The notes under the pieces: model-generated
Databases searched by the model: none
Seen by the model: the letters and a program-made list of their open reading frames with translations, nothing else
Told to the model about the DNA's origin: nothing
Shown here: positions 12,421-27,051 of the stretch, in pieces
How the letters are laid out: each line of letters starts with the position of its first letter
Position numbering within the stretch: the stretch's first letter is position 1
NCBI GenBank assembly: GCA_951406725.2
Contig: OX597830.1
Location: forward strand, 4,712,001 to 4,776,000
From: Octopus vulgaris
Taxonomy: Eukaryota
DNA length: 64,000 nt
Direction: 5' to 3'
Program-made: the position numbers and the translations under genes

Positions 12421-13570
12421 GGGAAATATTTGAGTATTACTTGAGATAGTTTAAAGTTAGAAGTGTGGATTGTCTGTAGATATTTTTCAGCTTATAAAAC
12501 TTCCGACTTCTTTTTTTGGTAAATCAGACATCATGTCTTGGATCTGTTTCTATAGGTCTTTGATTTCTTTGCCATTCTCCATTTCTATCTTTCCAACATC
12601 ATACATGACTTACCAATGCCACAGATGTTTGCTTGCCTGGTTTTCTTGAAAGATGACATAGAGTTGTAAAACATATGTTTAAAGTAACCTTCATCCATTC
12701 CTATATAAATATTTCACCCCTTTTCTTTGTTCTTGTTTCAGTTTTTCATTTTACTTGTCAAACCCATTTGTTTCCTTCATTTTCTTGGATTACATTGGAT
12801 AACCATTTTTACTATCAATCACATCTGAAGACTATTCAAAGGTAGAATTCTACAGGTTCTAAGACCCTGGACAGAGTCTAGTTCAAGCACAAAACTGATA
12901 GCAAGCTGTACATCTATGGTGGTATTATTCTTCCATGCAAATTGAGTTCTCTTGATTCTTGTTGGCTTATAAGAATGCAACAAAAACACACACAACACAT
13001 ATATGTGTGTGCGTACACACACACACACATATAAACACACACATAGATGTATACATTTACACATATATACTTTTGAATATGCATATGTGATGGAAGTCAT
13101 CATAATATTGAGTATAGCCATGTGTGTGTGTGTTTGTATGTGTATATATACATATTCATACATAAACATACACACATACATTTCTACACATCCATTCATA
13201 CACCATAATAAATGAAATACGTTGAGTGGGTGAGTGAGGGTGAGGGAGAACATCTACATTGTGCACTGAATGTGTGTGCCAACCTTTTGAATAGCCATCT
13301 CTGTAACACAGCTTTGCTTCATTAGAGAAGAGCAAGGCAAGCCGGCCATCATAACGACATTACATTTCTATGTCTATAATAATAAATAAGAATAAATGTA
13401 ATTTTCTTTTGTGAATATAATGCTTATATTCTGTTTACATATAATTACTTTCTGTTATTAATTTTACCTCTTATAATGAATTACAATACATTGACATATA
13501 ATGCATTCTATAGCATATATATATGAGTGTGTGTGTGTGCATAAGCAATCTCCAGTATTTACCTAACTAC

Positions 13571-13631
<61 letters not shown>

Positions 13632-14384
13632 ACTTCATAATGTTTTTCTCTGTGCTCCTATTTATTTCACCTGGGAGATTTCCATTCCCCATCATCCTTT
13701 ATGTCACTTTACAGAAGTGGACTTGGCACCAGTTCATTTCAGAGTTTCTGTACATGATGTGTCTCCAGCAAGACACTTCATTCCTCCTGCCTAACATCAC
13801 TTAGCTGAGATAAGAGAAGAAATTATAGGGGAAAACAAGTTACCAGCAATATATGAGTTAATGAGAGAAATAGAAATAACATCAAATTTCCCTCAAGTCA
13901 CACATAATGATCTTAAAAAGGATACATTTGATAATGTATTCCTAGATATGCTCTGCCTGTGGCTGGAATGTTTTACTGGGCCATGCTTAAACAGGTGCAA
14001 AACAACAGATAGAATGCATTATGGTATTTCTGGGGAGTCTCTGCCCCTGAGCTCAAATCCCACTAAGGTCAGCTTTACCTTTCATCATTTCAGGGTTGAT
14101 AAAAAGAAAATACCAACCCAAGATCAGGGTCAGTTAGCTGCATTGCCCTGTATCTTTTGACCCTTTAAATTCTGATAGTGATGTCAAGTTGAGCTGGCCC
14201 CAATTGGCAGCCTTCTTACCTTATATATTCCCCATTGGCAGGCAGTAAGGAGACTTGTATGCTTGGCCAGTTGTAAGTCCTCCTCAAAGAACCATTCCCA
14301 GCACATTCATGGGCAGATGCCAAATCAAACTTGGACCAACAGAGACTCCATAACATGCACACACACACACGTGTGTATATGTAT

Positions 14385-14773
14385 GTGAGGGGTAAGCAGC
14401 TTGCTTACTAACCACATGATTCTGCGTTCAGTCCCACTGTGTGACACCTTGGACAGGTGTCTTCTATTATAGCCTCAGGCCTTGTGAGTGGATTTGATAG
14501 ACAGAAACTGAAAGAAGCCTGTCGTATATATATATATATCTGTATGTATGTATGTATGTATGTATGTATGTGTGTGTGTCTGTGTTTGCCCCCCCCCCCT
14601 CGCTTGACAACTTATGTTGGTGCATTTACATCCCCGTAACTTAGTGGTTCATCAAAAGAAACTGATAGAATAAGTACTAGGCTTACAAAGAATAAGTCCT
14701 GTGGTGGAATTGTTTGACTGAAAGCAGTGCTCCAGCATGGCCTCAGTCAAATGACTGAAACAAGTACAAGAAT
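14385..14773 (+). mobile_element. CORE-type SINE (family A), full length
   Basis: gtaagcagcttgcttactaaccacatg...gacaccttggacaggtgtctt...gctccagcatggcctcagtcaaatgactgaaacaagta. Confidence 0.85.
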
Positions 14774-15133
14774 ACCCATCCCATGCATTTCAAGCTGTAA
14801 ATTCCACGAACTGTTCCTCCTCGGAACGTGTTTCTGAGTTTCCAATCTTCTGACAGCAGTCAATGTCGGAACGACAACCGTAATGTATAGCTTTTACCAA
14901 AAAAATTGTGGGGGTGGGGGGAATCCACAGAACTGTTTGAATATAATGCTTGGGGAGAGAGGAGGGAGTGGGGGACAAACTTTCATCATATTCTTGTATT
15001 TACCATGTGAGTGTTTGTGTATGTAATATATTTCTGCTTGCTGTTAGAGTGCATTAGAATACATAAAACTATAAATAACAAGATGGATTCTGTTTTATAT
15101 TTTTATGTCCTCATGTTAGTATATAACATAGAA

Positions 15134-15170
<37 letters not shown>

Positions 15171-15346
15171 TGTATACACTCACAAACTTACATTTTGTAT
15201 ATTAAAATGCAATGAAATATAAGAAGTAAAAAATATCACAACTTATATTAATATCTATTTCAAGTATTTTCCATTGAATTTAACCCATAAAAATAAACAA
15301 ATATAAATGTATATGAAATGGAAATATACAGTTCTTATATATACAG

Positions 15347-15387
<41 letters not shown>

Positions 15388-15989
15388 CATAAAATATAAA
15401 TAAATAAATAAGTCTATGTATATAAACGTAAATACATATATACACATATACATACACATCATGATATATATCTCAAGGAACTTAATTTTAATTTTCAGTC
15501 ACTAAGTCGATATGCCATTATAGTTTCTAAAAGTTTGCACTAATAAATAAATTAACACAAACACACAGACGCACACACATACACCCATACATACCAACAG
15601 ACACTAAAATATATAAGTAATTAAATTCACAAAGTAATACAAAATATAATGATATATATTGTAGAGAATTATATAGAAATACATACGTTGAGAAACTTTA
15701 AATAGAAATACCTATTTGAATATGCATTTCATTCTCCATGTCAACCTCCCACCCACCTGTTCCGAAAATCCACCCAAGCAAATTAATGCACACAATCTGC
15801 GAAGTTTGAATGGAGAACTGTTGAGTTACAAGCAGTGAAGTCTGGTGTCAAATTCCTGTCCAATTGTCTGCTGTATGCTTACAAACACACGTGCAGTAAG
15901 AGATCTCTGACTTGGAAAACTGGTAAGCGTTAGCAACAGGAAGAGCATCCAACTGTAAAAAAAATGCATCAATAATATATTTATCTAAC

Positions 15990-16205
15990 AAGGTGGGGGA
16001 GTTGACAGAAATGTTAATATGCCACGCAAAATGCTTTGCGGAATTTCGTCTGTCTTTATGTTCTGAGTTCAAATTCCGCTGAGGTCAACTTTGCCTTTCA
16101 TTCTTTCAGGGTTGAGAGATTAAGTACCAGTTGTGTACTGTGGTTGATGAAATTGACTGGCTTCTCCCCAAAACTTTTGGGCCTTGTGCCTAGAGTAGAA
16201 AAGAA
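15990..16205 (+). mobile_element. tRNA-derived SINE family B with TSD, nested in an RTE-tail repeat
   Basis: Same family as 12060; TSD aatatatttatctaac (15974-15989) and aatatattcatctaac (16204-16219). Confidence 0.85.
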
Positions 16206-17607
16206 TATATTCATCTAACCCATGCTAATATGGAAAAAACTGGATGCAAAAACAAATTATATGTTTGAATATAGGTGTGTTTATGTGTGTATATGTATAT
16301 ATGTTCATATGAACAGCAGAAGTAATACATGTAAAAGGCCAAATTTAGATTCAAACTTTGTATATCATTCTAAATTCATTTCCTAAATCCATTAAACATG
16401 CACAAATTCCTATACCTAAATAAAGCAGGGATGTTGAACATACCTCAGATATATTACAGTATAATTGCTGAGAATATAATTGATAGGCTAAAACATTTCC
16501 TGGCCCCCACTTCAATCTAAGAATTCCAAACTGCTTTTGTCTTGTTTTTCTAGAACACCAGTAGCTATGTACGGTAAAGTTCTAACTTCCTTTGACCTTT
16601 AAGATTTCTTGCTTTGAGTAAAAGCATTTATTTGTGTTATTAATTTTGTTTATAAATACAAGACTTAGGATTTGCAAGGGAGGATTGGATGCAATTACGT
16701 GACGTGTATTCATTTTGCAAGAGTATTTGTGATGGAAGTGGAATGATTACGACTGGGAAATGGAAGTAAATGGCTAGTTTGTCTTCTTGTTAGATGTTTA
16801 ATTATGCAACCAAAAACTTTCTATGGAAATGTTAGAAATAAAGATTAGTTTACTGGTGAGTTCTCTCTGGAAATATTACATCATATCGTTGTGTCTCCAA
16901 ATATTACGTGGTATATTGGTACAGACAGAAGTGAACAAAGCTGCTTAGATATTGAGAATAAGATTTAGAAATAGTGAGAGTGGAGAGTGGTGGTAGGTGG
17001 GTGGGTGGGGGTGGTGGCGAACGCTGTTTCAGATTAGCCTGAAGTGTCTGCGAGAGCAAACCCATGTATAATCAGATGCACAATAGGTGTAGCAGTCATG
17101 TCGGGTAGACTGACACTGAACCAACATTTAAACTGCACTAAATCCCTTCACTGAATCTTCGGTTGCAGAGTGATTAAACCAAACAACTGGAGTCATTGCT
17201 GTGGCTTCCTTTTAAGTGGAATGAATGTTCTGTTATTTAACTTTAACTGGTTAAAACATTATAAGAATGATAACAACCTAAAGTATCCTAACGAATTTTC
17301 CAGGCATGAAAAGACATTGGCAAGTCCTACTGCTTTAAATGTTTAAGGCGGGAGTCCACATGGCAGAAAAGACTGACATGATGGTCATATTTTGAATCAA
17401 GAAAAAGTTAGTAACTAAATAATGAAAATAAAAATTACAAAAAAAAAAGATAGGAGAACAATGTGTGTAAATTATGATTGTGATTGATGCAGTCAAGTGA
17501 AATGACAATGGAAGTTATTAGAGACATGAGTTGTAATTATCGTCATTGTTAAGTCTATAAAGGGAGAACATTTCCTAAAGGTTGTGAAAATTGGGTAAAT
17601 TTGAAGT

Positions 17608-17850
17608 TATCATCATCGACATCATTCAACATCTTTATTCCAAGCTGGCATGGGTTGGACAGTTTGATAAGAACAGATGAGCCAGAGGGCTCCACTAGAT
17701 TCTGTGTTTGCTTTGACATGATTTCCACAGCTCAGTGCCCTTCCTAACACCAACCATTTCACAGAATGTACAGGGTGCTTTTTGTGTGATACCAGCCCTA
17801 GGGAGACACCAACTACCTACAAGATAAGACCCCGCTCAACAGAGTGGGAT
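17608..17850 (-). mobile_element. RTE LINE 3' tail fragment
   Basis: catcatc...caagctggcatgggttggacagtttga...gcccttcctaacaccaacc, as at 5815. Confidence 0.6.
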
Positions 17851-19404
17851 ATAGACTGGAAAGGAGTGGGTGTCTAGCTGAAGAGGACAATGCATAGCTT
17901 GCCCACCTGAAAAGTCAGACAGAGAAATAGAGGTGTGTGGTGCAGGTAGAATGTGAGAATGTGGGATAGAATAGGAAGTGTGAAAGTATAAATGGCTAAG
18001 TGGTTAAAATGTTGGTTAATGTCTTCTTTTTATGTTGCTCTAATGACAAAAGTGGAAGAACACTGAATCAAATGATTGCAGTGGAGTTCAGGATTTTATC
18101 TTTGGATTTGGCTCATTTCAATCATCAGTGGTGGCTGAAAGGGAAATTTTAGAAAAAGAAGAATCTTTACAACAAATATATTACAATTAATGATGTGGGG
18201 ACATTATAATCAATAATGTGAAAAACTTGAGAAATTATCATAGGAAAATTTTGTGCAGAGGAACGTTATTATTTCAAATCTTAATCCATTCAAATCAAGG
18301 TAAATCAAAAGGTTTATGTGTCATCCATCTATTTTTTCTGCCTGTTATTTCTGGGAAGGCAGAACAAATGTGTGACATTATTGACCGAGGTTACCATGGT
18401 CTTTTCCGTAGGCTTTTCTTTTCATGGATAAACCTTATCTGCTTCCCTCTTTACACTTTATATCATGACATGTCTGTGATACACAATCCCTATTGATTGT
18501 TTCCACCCCCTTTTACAATCCCTTTTGATCAAAAACCACCCCACTTTTTTTTTTCTTCTCCCCAAAAAGAAAAGCTCTACTTTGTAATCTGTCCCGTCTG
18601 TGTGCAGATCTGTGTGGCTAATAAAGAAACATATTTCTGGGAAGGCCACTGGGGTAGATTTCTCAGGCACCTCCAGCATGGGAGCCTTTCAGAAGCAACC
18701 ATCATTAGACTGTCCAGCCAGATACCGAACTGTCTCATTCTTGATCGACCCTTACACCTCCTCCTACATTCTAATCACATGTCCATAACATTGGTGCTAT
18801 GAGCTTACAAATCTTACCAAGTATTTACTTATTATACAGTATAGTAATCGAATTGTTTTCTATGGCTGATGACAATGTGATATATAAAGCAAAAGACTGC
18901 CTGTTTCTAAGCAGCCAATGTTAGACATATTAAGATTTACAGGAGGGTGGAGAGAGAGGGAGAGAGAGAGAGAAGATGTGTGTAATTAATTATCACATCA
19001 ATTACATCATAAATGTTGACAGTAATGGCAAGACTGTGATTGCCTTTGTTGGAGTAAGATATACAGTCGAAATTTACTATGTTTCTAAGCTAATACCAAT
19101 AATAAACAAAAAAAAAAAACAGGAAAAAAATATAATAAAAAAAATAATAAATTAGGAAAAAGAAAACAATGATTTTGTGGTGAAGATTCCAATTCCACCT
19201 GGTGTAGATTTAGCTTTTTCTGAGGCATGGAATGCACCCAGGGGATAGAAAATATTTCAAATAATGGTTTTATGTTGCTTATTTATATCGTGATAATAAC
19301 TTTAGGTGGTGAACAGGTAGAATCCATAGTGCACACACACACACACAAAATGCATTAAACATTTCAGAGTGTTTGGGTGTCAATCTGAGGACATGTACTG
19401 AGAG

Positions 19405-20001
19405 TGATAAAAATAAAACACCCAGTCATCATCATGGTATTTGGAGTGATCACTAGTGATGGCAGTGTTAGGTAACTATTCATCATGCCACATGGCTTCA
19501 CACTCAACACAGAGGCCTACACCAAGTGCCTGGAGGACGTAGTGCAGCCCTGTGTCAAGAGGATGGCTGCTGGAGGATCCTGTGTCTGGCAACAAGACTC
19601 TGCACCAAGCTGCACAAGCAGGAGAACCCAGTCATAGTTGTCAGACAATTTCTTCGACCCCATCACCCCTAACATCTGACCACGTAACTCCTCACACTGC
19701 AAACCCCTTGATTGTTATGTGTGGGGGTACAGTTGAGTAAGAGACCAACAAAACTCCTTGTAACACCAAAGATGAACTGAAAACAAGGATTATGGCAGCA
19801 TTCACCAACTTAAACAAGGAAACTGTTCAGAAGAGTTGTATGTTCCGACTGAAGCCAATGACGATTTTATAGAAAAAAATTTACTCTTCAATGTTTCACG
19901 ATACTTTAATGAAATTTTGGTAAATATGTCTGTCAAAATGAGATGTCAGTGTAATTTTCATTTTTGCATAATTTAGATGACAATTTATTCACTGCACCCT
20001 G
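19405..20001 (+). pseudogene. Tc1/mariner transposase fossil, DD37D (maT-like), with right TIR
   Basis: KHPVIIMVFGVITSDG...WQQDSAP...KPLDCYVWG...NTKDELKTRIMAAF; D codons at 19596 and 19710 are 37 residues apart; internal stops; ends ...actgcaccctg followed by TA. Confidence 0.85.
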
Positions 20002-20058
20002 TACATATATATATATATATATATATACACAAACACACACACACATATATACACATAT

Positions 20059-20105
<47 letters not shown>

Positions 20106-20329
20106 TATATACATACATATATATATACACACACCACAACAAACCAAACTACGTCTCTACATCCCTTCTCTTCCTCACATTTCCGCTTCATGTACTATGA
20201 TTACCTCCCACTCCCCAATTGTGTCTTCACCTGGTTCCACTGTATCATTGCTCTCTGTTTGCGCCCCCCCCCCCACATGCCTTGTCTAACTCTAGTATTG
20301 CCACCTGTATCTGTCTCACTATAATATTT

Positions 20330-20532
20330 TCATCATCATCACTTCCTCCAATGCCTTCTTCCCTCTTAAAAGTTTTTGTCTTGCAAGGTGCTTGGTGACC
20401 CTGTCAGTGCAGGTGACACCTAAAGGGACAAGTGTTTGGAAGGGCATCCAGCTGTAAAAACCTTGCCAAAACTGACTTCACCTGTGCCACATAAAAAACA
20501 CCAAATCCACTCTGCTGAGTGGTTGGTGTTAG
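20330..20532 (+). mobile_element. RTE LINE 3' UTR fragment
   Basis: gaagggcatccagctgtaaaaaccttgcc...cactctgctgagtggttggtgttagg, as in 28590-29080. Confidence 0.55.
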
Positions 20533-20699
20533 GGTGAGCTTGGCAATCACATCTTCATGTGATGGTGTGCGCGAGTCCAGTGTGAGTGAAAGGGATTCAG
20601 AAAATGATTATAATAATAGTATTTTTTATTATAAATGATCTCAACATTCTTTTTACTTTACATAAAATATTCTTTACAGTTTACTGTTGTTTTATTGAC

Positions 20700-20862
20700 A
20701 TTCATTTACAAATATTATAAATTCTGTAAATATAATATTTTTCTGGGAACGAATTACGATTTATAACATTGCTACTATGGGAAATTATTGCTCTGCTTCA
20801 CGAGTTTTCACTTTACAAATGGTCTCCAGGAACAAATTAACTCCTATATTGAGGCATTAACC
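20700..20862. mobile_element. Possible Tigger/pogo-like MITE end
   Basis: ctgggaacgaatta...ctatgggaaa...caggaacaaattaactc...gaggca resembles pogo-type MITE subterminal repeats. Confidence 0.3.
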
Positions 20863-22753
20863 TTATTGTTAGTGGATTTGGTAAAGAGAAACTAAAAGAT
20901 GCCTGCCATAGATGTGTGTGCGAGTCTCACTTGACATGCATGATATTTGCAAACAAGCATCATCATCATCATCATCATACAAGTGTGGTACCTGATACTC
21001 ATTTCTAATCTTCAATGAATATAAGATGTCCAGCCTTGGTAAAATGTAACCTTGTTTGACAAGTGAGAATTGACAATGGGCCATAGAGAATCTGCATAAA
21101 ACTATCCTGACTGAACCAACAAGCAAGGGAAAGTGAGCATTAAAATAATGATGATGATGATGATGATAGTTAAATATAAACTACATATATGAGAGTCTTT
21201 TGCATAGTTTCCATCCAAGAATTCTATTCTCATGGTACTGGTTAATTTGGGGCTATAATAGAAGCCAACACTTCAAGATACCATGTTGTGAGACCAAACA
21301 CAAAGGCACATGGCTGCAAAGCAAACTTCATAGTTACACAGCTATTCTTGTACTGTATGTGTGTACAGCAGTGGCACTGGTGCCAAACTGTAATGGCCCT
21401 TTAAGACACACACACTCATACAATCTACTACACGAATGTTGGTTTATATGTATCATTACAGAAATATCTTTACCAATGTTGATCATCCTAATCTGTCTGT
21501 CTACAAGTCAAACTGTTTGAACAAACATAGAGCTTGGTTTAAAGTGTCTTGTTACTGCACAGAAGCATATAATACCAACCTCTTTATATTTATGGTATAA
21601 GTGTGTACTGGATATTATATTATTTTGCTAGCATACCTACATATACATACAATAGTCACACAACATACATACACACATGTACACATATACATACACATAG
21701 AGAGCAAAAGAAGAAACATATTCCATACAACATGCACATAGATATATGTATGTATGTAAAAATGTGTGTGTGTGTTATTGATGATCTTACTCTATAATAT
21801 TGTCTGGTTACAAAAGTTCTATGTAAGTATAGAGTAAGCTTACTGGAGAGAGACAGAAAAAAATAAAAAAATAATTTTAAGAAAATCACTTAAAAATAAT
21901 AATTATATTTCCAAAAGTTAAAAAAATTCCAAAAGTTACATAAAAAAATTCCATATGTATTTTTGAAAAAATCCAAGAAATCATTTATTCTTGGATAATG
22001 TTTTCTGCATTCTAGCTGTATAATCTCATAGATTGAAATGTAGAAGAAAGCAGAGAACATTAAACCATTTTTTCTATGTCGTTTTCTTTTTCTTTTCTTT
22101 TACTTATATAAATATTAGCTTTATAGAAATATCGATGTAAAGAGATGCAAGTTACTGCAACCTAGCAAATCAAAACTGACTTCTCTAAAAATATTTAACC
22201 ATTTTGCTTAGGGAATTCAAAGAACTTGTTTTCGGTTCAAATAAAAAAAAAATGGTTTATCTGATTTATTCATTTAGTTTGGGAGTTTTGTCACATCTTT
22301 GAGAAATATATTCTTCTCAAAGGAGCAAATGTTAACCCAGATTTTACATCTAGTTTTTAACTTTATTTTTTACAATCTCAATGAAAATAGGTAACAAATA
22401 TTTTTATTTCAATGTAAGGAAAATACTCCAGGGTCTTGAAAAGTTAGCTTCTGATGTTTGTAGTAATTACTAAGAATTTGGTTCCAACACACGTGTGTAT
22501 AGCTGTCAGTCATAAAGAAATGATCTATTTTTAAGACGTACTATGACCCGGTAAAATATATTCATCTATACTTCAGTAAAAAAAATATCTTCACATTACT
22601 CTTTTACTACTTTTCCCATTTAAGAAGATCTATGATAATATCATGATATTGCCTGTATAGCTTGAAGATGACATCAAAAGTAATCAGACATTCAAGCTTA
22701 AATCCATTTCTAGAAGAACAGGAACTGTATAAGAACAGTGCTCATGTCATTTC

Positions 22754-22812
<59 letters not shown>

Positions 22813-23204
22813 CATTATTTTTAAGCCTAAAATCAAAGCAGCTTCATCAAAATTCTACAATCTTGCAGGAAAGATAAAGTAATTCAGTCACAGAGTAAAA
22901 GGAATACCATCTATTTCATTTTAATTTCTTTAGTTTGGAATGTCAGGATAAACCAGAGTTAGTTGTTAAGAATTCACAGATATTCAGAGAACTTAGTATT
23001 GATTCATTCTTGGGAGAGCCAGTTGTCTTAGTATTTAAGATTTAAGGAATGAAAATCTATGTGTTAGACTGATGTATAAAATATAAATTATGAATTCATG
23101 AAACAAGCAAGAATCCTTCATCAATCAATTAGAGTTTAACATTTCACCTAACAATAGAAACCAGAAAAATATTTGTTGGTCATTTAAACCGCAGCAATCA
23201 TATA

Positions 23205-23500
23205 TATGTGGTTGTTGTCTACTCCTTATGCAGAGTCTGACCACCTCCTGTACCTACACCTTAGAACTATCATGGCATCTGATGTGGCTTTTTAAACCAG
23301 ACACTGTACTGTAAAAACACCCACAAAGATTGCATGCCTAATTTGAACCTCCAGTTAAGTTCTAATCTTTGTGGATCTTAAAATGTCTTTTGAGGCCTTC
23401 ATTAGATTTGCAAACCTTATGGTATTGACAGGTGCACACAGATACATGGGCAGAATAATTGGTGGAGGTTTGTTTTGAGCTCAGCAAAAGAAAGGCATGA
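23205..23500 (-). pseudogene. LINE (probably RTE/BovB-like) 3' end with two decayed C2H2 zinc fingers
   Basis: CQYHKVCKSNEGLKRHFKIH and CGCFYSTVSGLKSHIRCH on the minus strand, ending ...aggagtagacaacaacc. Confidence 0.55.
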
Positions 23501-23515
23501 TCTGTCACAAACCAT

Positions 23516-23548
<33 letters not shown>

Positions 23549-23914
23549 ACGGCAACACACAGAGATTTATTAATGCTTATATATATATATAATTCAAGTG
23601 TGTGTGTGTGTGTATGTGTACACACACTTCAATTTTGTATTTGGTTTGAAAGGTTGATGGGAATTTTTGTGTCAAAAAAACCTTGTCATATTTTGGGAGG
23701 ATCATTACACCAATAAAAAAAAAAGAATAGAAACCTGACAGCTCCACTTTACTGAAGAATGCATCACCTCCAGGCTGTTCACTAAATCTATCAATTTGGC
23801 AGTAAGATGGCTCAGACACACAGAATACCAGAGGTTGGGAAATTAAAGTGTGCATTATCCAGTGAATGTGTTGATAATTAATGGCATAAGGATCCTCCCA
23901 AGACACAAGATATA

Positions 23915-23953
<39 letters not shown>

Positions 23954-26900
23954 CATACTGGATCTCTGTCAGTTTCGGTACTGGGTATCCAGTTGTTTGC
24001 ATAACTAGCTGAGTATTCCATAGACATTTGTAGCCTTGGTGTAATTTTCAGGCAGAGTCGGTGTGACACATATGTTATACCAATTTCCATGGACACCAGC
24101 GACCAAATTACTTTATATGGAACTGTTCAATTAATGGCAAAATTGAAATATTACTTTCTAATGCTTGCTGGGAAATGCTTTGACCAGCTTCATTCTCTTT
24201 TATGATAATCAAAGTTCATTGTCCCCACACTAAATAAATAAATAAATAAATAAAGAAAGAAAGAAAATGAAAGAAAGAATGCACATGACTAATTGTGACT
24301 ACACAGACTGTGTCAGCTGAGAGTATGCTAGGTTCAAAATGTTTCATTTTGATTAAACATTTTTTAGATCAAATATTGTCGTTAGCCACTCGTCTGAATC
24401 ACAAAAATATGCTAAAAGATGTTATTGTGTTGAAAGAGGACTTTTTTCTTTTTAAAGACTTTCCCAAGTTAATGAGGCTCCTCTCTTGAGACGTAATGTT
24501 AGATTTAATGACTCTGATGCCATTGCTATAGATAAGGACCAGTGGTGAAAGCTGGTTGGCCAGATTGAATATTCAATATCCTTTTTCACATTGTGGATTG
24601 CTCCTTCTGGAAATAAATGGCAAAGAGGAAATTAGAAATTAAAATTCCATTGGAAAAGGTTGATTCGTTTCTGTTTATTGAGGGACTGTGTTATAATATT
24701 TAGTTTTATACAACTATAATTTAAAGAATTTCATCAGCTTTATTAAAAGTCTTGCTTTAATTATATGAAATATTGCAATTTCCGTTGTATTTTCATGTTT
24801 GTTGCCTCAGTATTCAGGGCAAACAGTAAAAGAAAAGGTAAAAGAAGAATTTAAGAAAGCAAGTTAAAAAAAAATACTAGAATCCAAAGAACTCATATCT
24901 CCATTGGCCAAAAAATGATTTATAATATAAACCCTCTTTTTGCAGCCTCTAAATTTATCTTGTTTTACTAATTTTATTTCATATCAATTTAATAAACTCT
25001 CATTAACTTTTCTAAAATTAAATAGAATTCTAATTCTCTTTGTTAAGAATGTTATTCATTTGAATCTCTATATTCCAAAAAACATCTTGCAAGATTTTTA
25101 AAAAAATAATGTTTGGTCTGGAGGAACGCCAGTAGCCATGACTCTATTACAGGGATCTAAGACTCGAGGGAGAGAGGGAGGGTGTCCTCAAACAGGAGAC
25201 TTGGCCTGACTGCTTGCAAAGCTGAGTGGATTCTGTACGATAAACATTTTTCCTGTTGGAAAAATTCACTATAAATTTCATTCTAAATGACATCATCAAG
25301 TTTTTTATTGTTTGACGTTGAATAAAGACTTGCTTTATTATTCTTCTTTGGTATTTTCAAAAATAATAATGATATACTTTATATAATGGCAAATTTTCCT
25401 ATATAGCAAAATTTCTTACAACAAACTTTCTGGGCACAGTTAAAGCCATCCAAGGTGCCAGGCTACGGTTGTTAATCCAGGCAACAGACTAAATCTATTA
25501 CTAAAGTACACCAGAATAGTATAACTCAGGATGGAAAAAGTGGACAAATACCATCTGGCATCCTACCCGACATCCTTACTTTTGTGCAGCATTTGGTACA
25601 TTCGTATCAACCCTAAAAGAGATGAATGGCAGTATTAAGCTGGGTGGGATTTGAACTTAGTACCTAGAGATGTACTTGTATTAGGTAACTATTCAAGAAT
25701 TGTGTACCATTTCTTTACTGTGGATGGTGAAATCATAGAACAAAAGACAAAGTGCTTTGTGGTATTTAGTTACAACCCTATATATTATGTGTTCCAATCT
25801 TACTTCAGTCAACTTTATTTATTTTAGGGATGAGAGGTTGGCTGCCCCAAATTTGTGACTGTGCCGTCATTGTCCACATGTTAGTGATCATTAATATAAT
25901 TAATTTGAGCCATGACCAAATGATTAAGATGTTTCCTTCACAATCAGAAAGTTTCAGATGTTACCCAGCACCCCTAACTCCGCCCCCTCCCTATGTGGTA
26001 TCTTGGGCAAGTATTTTTTTTTTACCATAACCAGGGACTGACCCCAGCCTTGTGAGTGAAAGTGGGAAGAAAGATGCTGTGTGGAAATTTGTCACATGCA
26101 TTATACCAGTAATTCAATTCCTCCACATCACACTGATTCCATTTGAGAATCATGTTAATGGTATATGCATCTGTGGGATACTCAACCACTTGATAATTGA
26201 ATGAGAAACTGGTTCAGCTGATCAAACAACTGAATTCTTATCAATGAAAGTACCAGTGATCCATCGAAGTTGGTCCATAACTGCAAATATCACCATAATT
26301 GTGAAATACTGATGTTTTACTTACGGCAACATGGAACCATCAGACCACAACAGTTATCTTAAAATATCACTGAAGTCAATTAAGCCTAGTTAAGATCTAA
26401 AGAATTCAACACCCTCTGCTCTAAATACCCCAACATTAAAAAAAGGAAATTTTTGCTAAAAGACAGGTTACAAGATATGTTCACACTTTTTCTTTCTACC
26501 ATTTTATTTAAAGGAAAAAAAATATTCAAATCTTTTGTGATATGTCTTTTATTTTTTCATGAAGAATTTTATACATTTGAATCAGATTTCCTAACAATAG
26601 TGCAAATTTACTAACATGGATAATTAAAAATTGGCCAGCTACAAAGAGAAAATAAATCTCATAATTAAAATGCAGAGTTCTGCTAGTCTCTCCTAGTTTC
26701 TTCTATCAATTATTACCAATGTGTTTTCTTTGAGAGAGCTGCTTTTGAAATATTTGGTGAAGACAGGATTTCTTCTCAGATGTATTGTCTTCTGAAGAAC
26801 TGATTGATATGAGAATGTATAAAAGACAAATATGATTTTCCCATTGATTAAATAATTCTTTTAGAGTTAACTGCAACCAGCTTTATGATTGTGACTTGTG

Positions 26901-26999
26901 TACAACAGTTTTATTGGATTCAAAATGCGAACATAATTAGCAATTATTAGTTATTGATGATATAATTAAACAACCATATTATATTTTCTATACAGATAT

Positions 27000-27051
<52 letters not shown>

